A DNA stretch of 35,881 bases from positions 1 through 35,881 of IMG/VR virus record IMGVR_UViG_3300033067_002348. One strand, written 5' to 3'. How positions within the stretch are numbered: the stretch's first letter is position 1; every line of letters starts with the position of its first letter. The notes below the pieces were generated by a model that made no database searches, had not been told where the DNA came from, and worked only from the letters and a program-made list of their open reading frames with translations. Made by a program: the position numbers and the translations under genes. Shown in pieces: positions 33,681 to 35,881 of this stretch. Source of the stretch: a virus (lineage: Duplodnaviria; Caudoviricetes).

Positions 33681-33696
33681 ATCCTAAGGTAGCCAG

Positions 33697-34026
33697 GTGC
33701 TCGAAAAGCATATCGTCCTTCAGATCTGCGCCTACCTGAAATCAAAAGGCCTATTCTTCTGGGTTCAGCCCGTAACTGGATATTACGATCCATCCAAGAA
33801 GCGATTCAGAAAGCACGTAAACCCTTACGTAAAGAATGGGGTTTCTGATATCTTGATCATCCATAAAGGCCGCCTGACGTGTTTTGAAGTGAAGACCGCT
33901 ATCGGACGTCAATCCGAAGCTCAAAAGCTCTTTGAGAGGCAAGCCTGCGATGCTGGAGCACGTTATTATCTGGTCCGCTCACTCGACGATGCTAAAAATG
34001 CTTTACGAGATATACTGAACTCTTGA
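33697..34026 (+). CDS. VRR-NUC domain nuclease (putative resolvase)
   Basis: EKHI...GVSDIL...FEVKT..GRQSEAQ..F...G..Y.LVRSLDD; preceded by TTTACA-18nt-TAAGGT. Confidence 0.9.
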   Translation: MLEKHIVLQICAYLKSKGLFFWVQPVTGYYDPSKKRFRKHVNPYVKNGVSDILIIHKGRLTCFEVKTAIGRQSEAQKLFERQACDAGARYYLVRSLDDAKNALRDILNS

Positions 34027-34055
34027 TACTCAAGAAATCCTAGGAGGGATCATCA

Positions 34056-34253
34056 ATGGATAAGAAACCATGGCAGTCAAAAAGTATCATACTTAACGTC
34101 ATCATTTCGCTGGTTGGGATCGTCGCCATGCTTGGCTTCGCTCCTTCACTTAAAGAGTGGGTTGACGGCCATAATGAAATTCTTCTCACCGCCATTGGTC
34201 TCGTCGGCGTTGGCCTTCGAATGATCACTAAGGGCGCGATCGTCATCGAATAA
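34056..34253 (+). CDS. Putative holin (two TM helices)
   Basis: KKPWQSKSIILN...GLRMITK pattern; SD AGGAGG. Confidence 0.7.
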   Translation: MDKKPWQSKSIILNVIISLVGIVAMLGFAPSLKEWVDGHNEILLTAIGLVGVGLRMITKGAIVIE

Positions 34254-34456
34254 TGTTCGCTCAAATTGTTGCTGCCATTGCCGCTATTCCTCGGCTTCTT
34301 ACAGCCATTGAAAACCTTATCGCTTTTTTTGAGAAATCTCAGCTCGAAGCCAGACTCAATCGAATCGATGAAGCTTTTAATAAGCTGGATGCCGCAACGA
34401 CCAAAGAGGAAAAACGAGATGCTGTTAAGGACCTTCAGCGCGATATTTCTGGTTAG
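34253..34456 (+). CDS. Small protein, possible inner-membrane spanin (Rz-like)
   Basis: Hydrophobic N-terminus plus coiled coil; lies between the holin and an overlapping lipoprotein gene. Confidence 0.5.
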   Translation: MFAQIVAAIAAIPRLLTAIENLIAFFEKSQLEARLNRIDEAFNKLDAATTKEEKRDAVKDLQRDISG

Positions 34457-34646
34457 CCTTTCCTCCTGTGGAAAAGGTCCCAAAGTCGCCGTATGTGCTT
34501 ATCATCAACCCACTCAAGAGTTCGTCTGCGTCGATAAAAACGGCAAAGACTTTGATATGGCCGCCACAAATTCCATGGCCAATAATCTTGTTTGCCTTCC
34601 TCGAGCAGATGCCGAAGAGTATTTTAAGTGGTGCAATCGAAAGTGA
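34419..34646 (+). CDS. Lipoprotein, possible outer-membrane spanin (Rz1-like)
   Basis: Start at ATG 34419 (SD AGAGGA); MLLRTFSAIFLVSLSSC lipobox; begins inside the upstream gene. Confidence 0.6.
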   Translation: MLLRTFSAIFLVSLSSCGKGPKVAVCAYHQPTQEFVCVDKNGKDFDMAATNSMANNLVCLPRADAEEYFKWCNRK

Positions 34647-34867
34647 TTGATATCAAAGAAGCGAAGTGGGCTCGCGTAAAGGATTACTACGAGTCCGCCT
34701 ATAAGATCCGCATCAAAAAAAGACCTTCTGATGAAAAGATCGAAGAACTCTATAAGAAAATGCTTCTGTTGACCTCTGAACTCAATGAGCACTATTTCCG
34801 AAAACCGGGCCTGCAAACAAAGGCAAATAATCCTCCCCCCATACGAACTTCTGGAAAAGACGGCTAG
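34628..34867 (+). CDS. Hypothetical protein
   Basis: 79-aa ORF with a KVIDI N-terminus, overlapping the previous gene. Confidence 0.6.
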   Translation: MVQSKVIDIKEAKWARVKDYYESAYKIRIKKRPSDEKIEELYKKMLLLTSELNEHYFRKPGLQTKANNPPPIRTSGKDG

Positions 34868-34882
34868 ACAAATCACATTCAA

Positions 34883-35191
34883 TTGTATTTAAGTCCGCCT
34901 GTGAAGCATCACAAGATCATTCAGGTCACGCACCCCGGCGTTGTGCTTGGGGTTGAGATGGGGCACCCCGTCGACAACGATCAAAAGCGCTGGATAGGAA
35001 CTCGCATCAATCAATCCTATGACTTCTGGGAAGAATACGGCTCCGAATGGTTCTGGGTTCCAAGAAATATCAAGATTGACGATATCGTTGTTGTCGCCAC
35101 GAAAGATCAACCCCACAGTGAACGTCACGTCTGGGTAGTTGCTGATTTTGATGATCGAAACTTGCTTCTCACAAAAGGAAGGCTCCTATGA
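34883..35191 (+). CDS. Hypothetical protein
   Basis: Ends in an ATGA overlap with sak; its last 77 nt are also the first 77 nt of the window. Confidence 0.6.
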   Translation: MYLSPPVKHHKIIQVTHPGVVLGVEMGHPVDNDQKRWIGTRINQSYDFWEEYGSEWFWVPRNIKIDDIVVVATKDQPHSERHVWVVADFDDRNLLLTKGRLL

Positions 35192-35655
35192 ACACTCAAT
35201 CCGCTAAAAAAGAAGAATTAAGGCTCAACACTCCCTTTCGAGCAGAAGAACTCGAATGGAGAATCCAAAGATCTGGAATGGAAAAGAATAACGAACCCTG
35301 GGCTATTATCGTTCCTTACGTAACGGCAAGAGCCATTCAAGAACGACTCGATACTGTTATAGGACCGGCCAACTGGATGTGCAGCTTTGATAAGGTCGAG
35401 GGCGGCTTCATTTGCACCCTTTCCATCAAATTTGCAAATGATTGGGTGATGAAACAAGACGGATCTGATGCTTCCGATATTGAGCCCTTTAAAGGCGCCA
35501 TATCAGGCTCTTTTAAGAGAGCCGCCGTGATGTGGGGAATGGGAAGAGAACTCTATGATACCGGAACGATCTTTGCTGAATTTGTTTCTAAGGAAGACAG
35601 TGATCACTCGGTGAAGATCAACGATATGAAGTACTACTGGAGGGCACCCCTATGA
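35188..35655 (+). CDS. Rad52/Rad22-family single-strand annealing protein (Sak-like), allele B
   Basis: Same motifs as 74..544 (PYVTARAIQERLD, KGAISGSFKRAAVMWGMGRELY). Confidence 0.85.
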   Translation: MNTQSAKKEELRLNTPFRAEELEWRIQRSGMEKNNEPWAIIVPYVTARAIQERLDTVIGPANWMCSFDKVEGGFICTLSIKFANDWVMKQDGSDASDIEPFKGAISGSFKRAAVMWGMGRELYDTGTIFAEFVSKEDSDHSVKINDMKYYWRAPL

Positions 35656-35849
35656 CCGGAATCACTCTGATTTTATCAGTCGTTACGATTTTCTCTGTCG
35701 TTTTCAACATAGCTTTCTACATCGAAATTCTAGCTTTGGCAGCAAGAGTAAACAGGATGGACAAAGAATACTGGATTTTCAGGAGCGGAGACTTTTATCT
35801 TCCCGAGCCAAAAGTTGAGAGACAGGATTCACAGAATCAACTTCAATAG
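35652..35849 (+). CDS. Small membrane protein (second copy of 541..738)
   Basis: 61 of 65 residues identical by hand comparison. Confidence 0.75.
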   Translation: MTGITLILSVVTIFSVVFNIAFYIEILALAARVNRMDKEYWIFRSGDFYLPEPKVERQDSQNQLQ

Positions 35850-35881
35850 TCATCATGGGCCGATCCGTGGGGAATTGCCGA

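Larger units (their letters stand above)
1..35881. mobile_element. Probably complete podovirus-like bacteriophage genome (unit length ~35,111-35,114 bp)
   Basis: Terminase, portal, capsid, tail and lysis genes are present, no host housekeeping genes are seen, and the two ends overlap. Confidence 0.92.
35115..35881 (+). repeat. Right copy of imperfect terminal direct repeat
   Basis: Matches 1..770 as described for the left copy. Confidence 0.97.

Noticed and set aside
1-35881. tRNA genes, att sites or stop-codon reassignment
   Set aside because: No cloverleaf or integrase was seen, and genes read through in the standard code with all three stop codons used.

Overview
The window appears to be a complete, circular or terminally redundant genome of about 35.1 kb from a short-tailed (podovirus-type) dsDNA phage. 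Positions 1..770 recur at 35115..35881 but carry a diverged allele of a Rad52/Sak-like recombinase gene. A long minus-strand block holds packaging and morphogenesis genes: TerS, TerL flanked by two HNH nucleases, portal, scaffold, major capsid, decoration, adaptor, tail tube, ejection proteins and tail fibre. The main unusual signal is a five-gene nonulosonic-acid (pseudaminic/legionaminic-like) biosynthesis operon just upstream of the packaging genes (PseB-like dehydratase, NeuB-type synthase, oxidoreductase, SpsF/PseF-type cytidylyltransferase, class III aminotransferase), together with a Maf/DUF115-family putative glycosyltransferase placed directly behind the capsid genes. This suggests phage-encoded glycosylation of the virion with a sialic-acid-like sugar, which is an inference and untested. 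Other oddities are an orphan IS66 TnpA/TnpB-like pair, a GC-type dockerin protein, a hairpin-dense intergenic region of about 600 nt, probable leaderless promoters, and no recognisable replication or integration gene. All calls come from reading motifs by eye; no searches were run.
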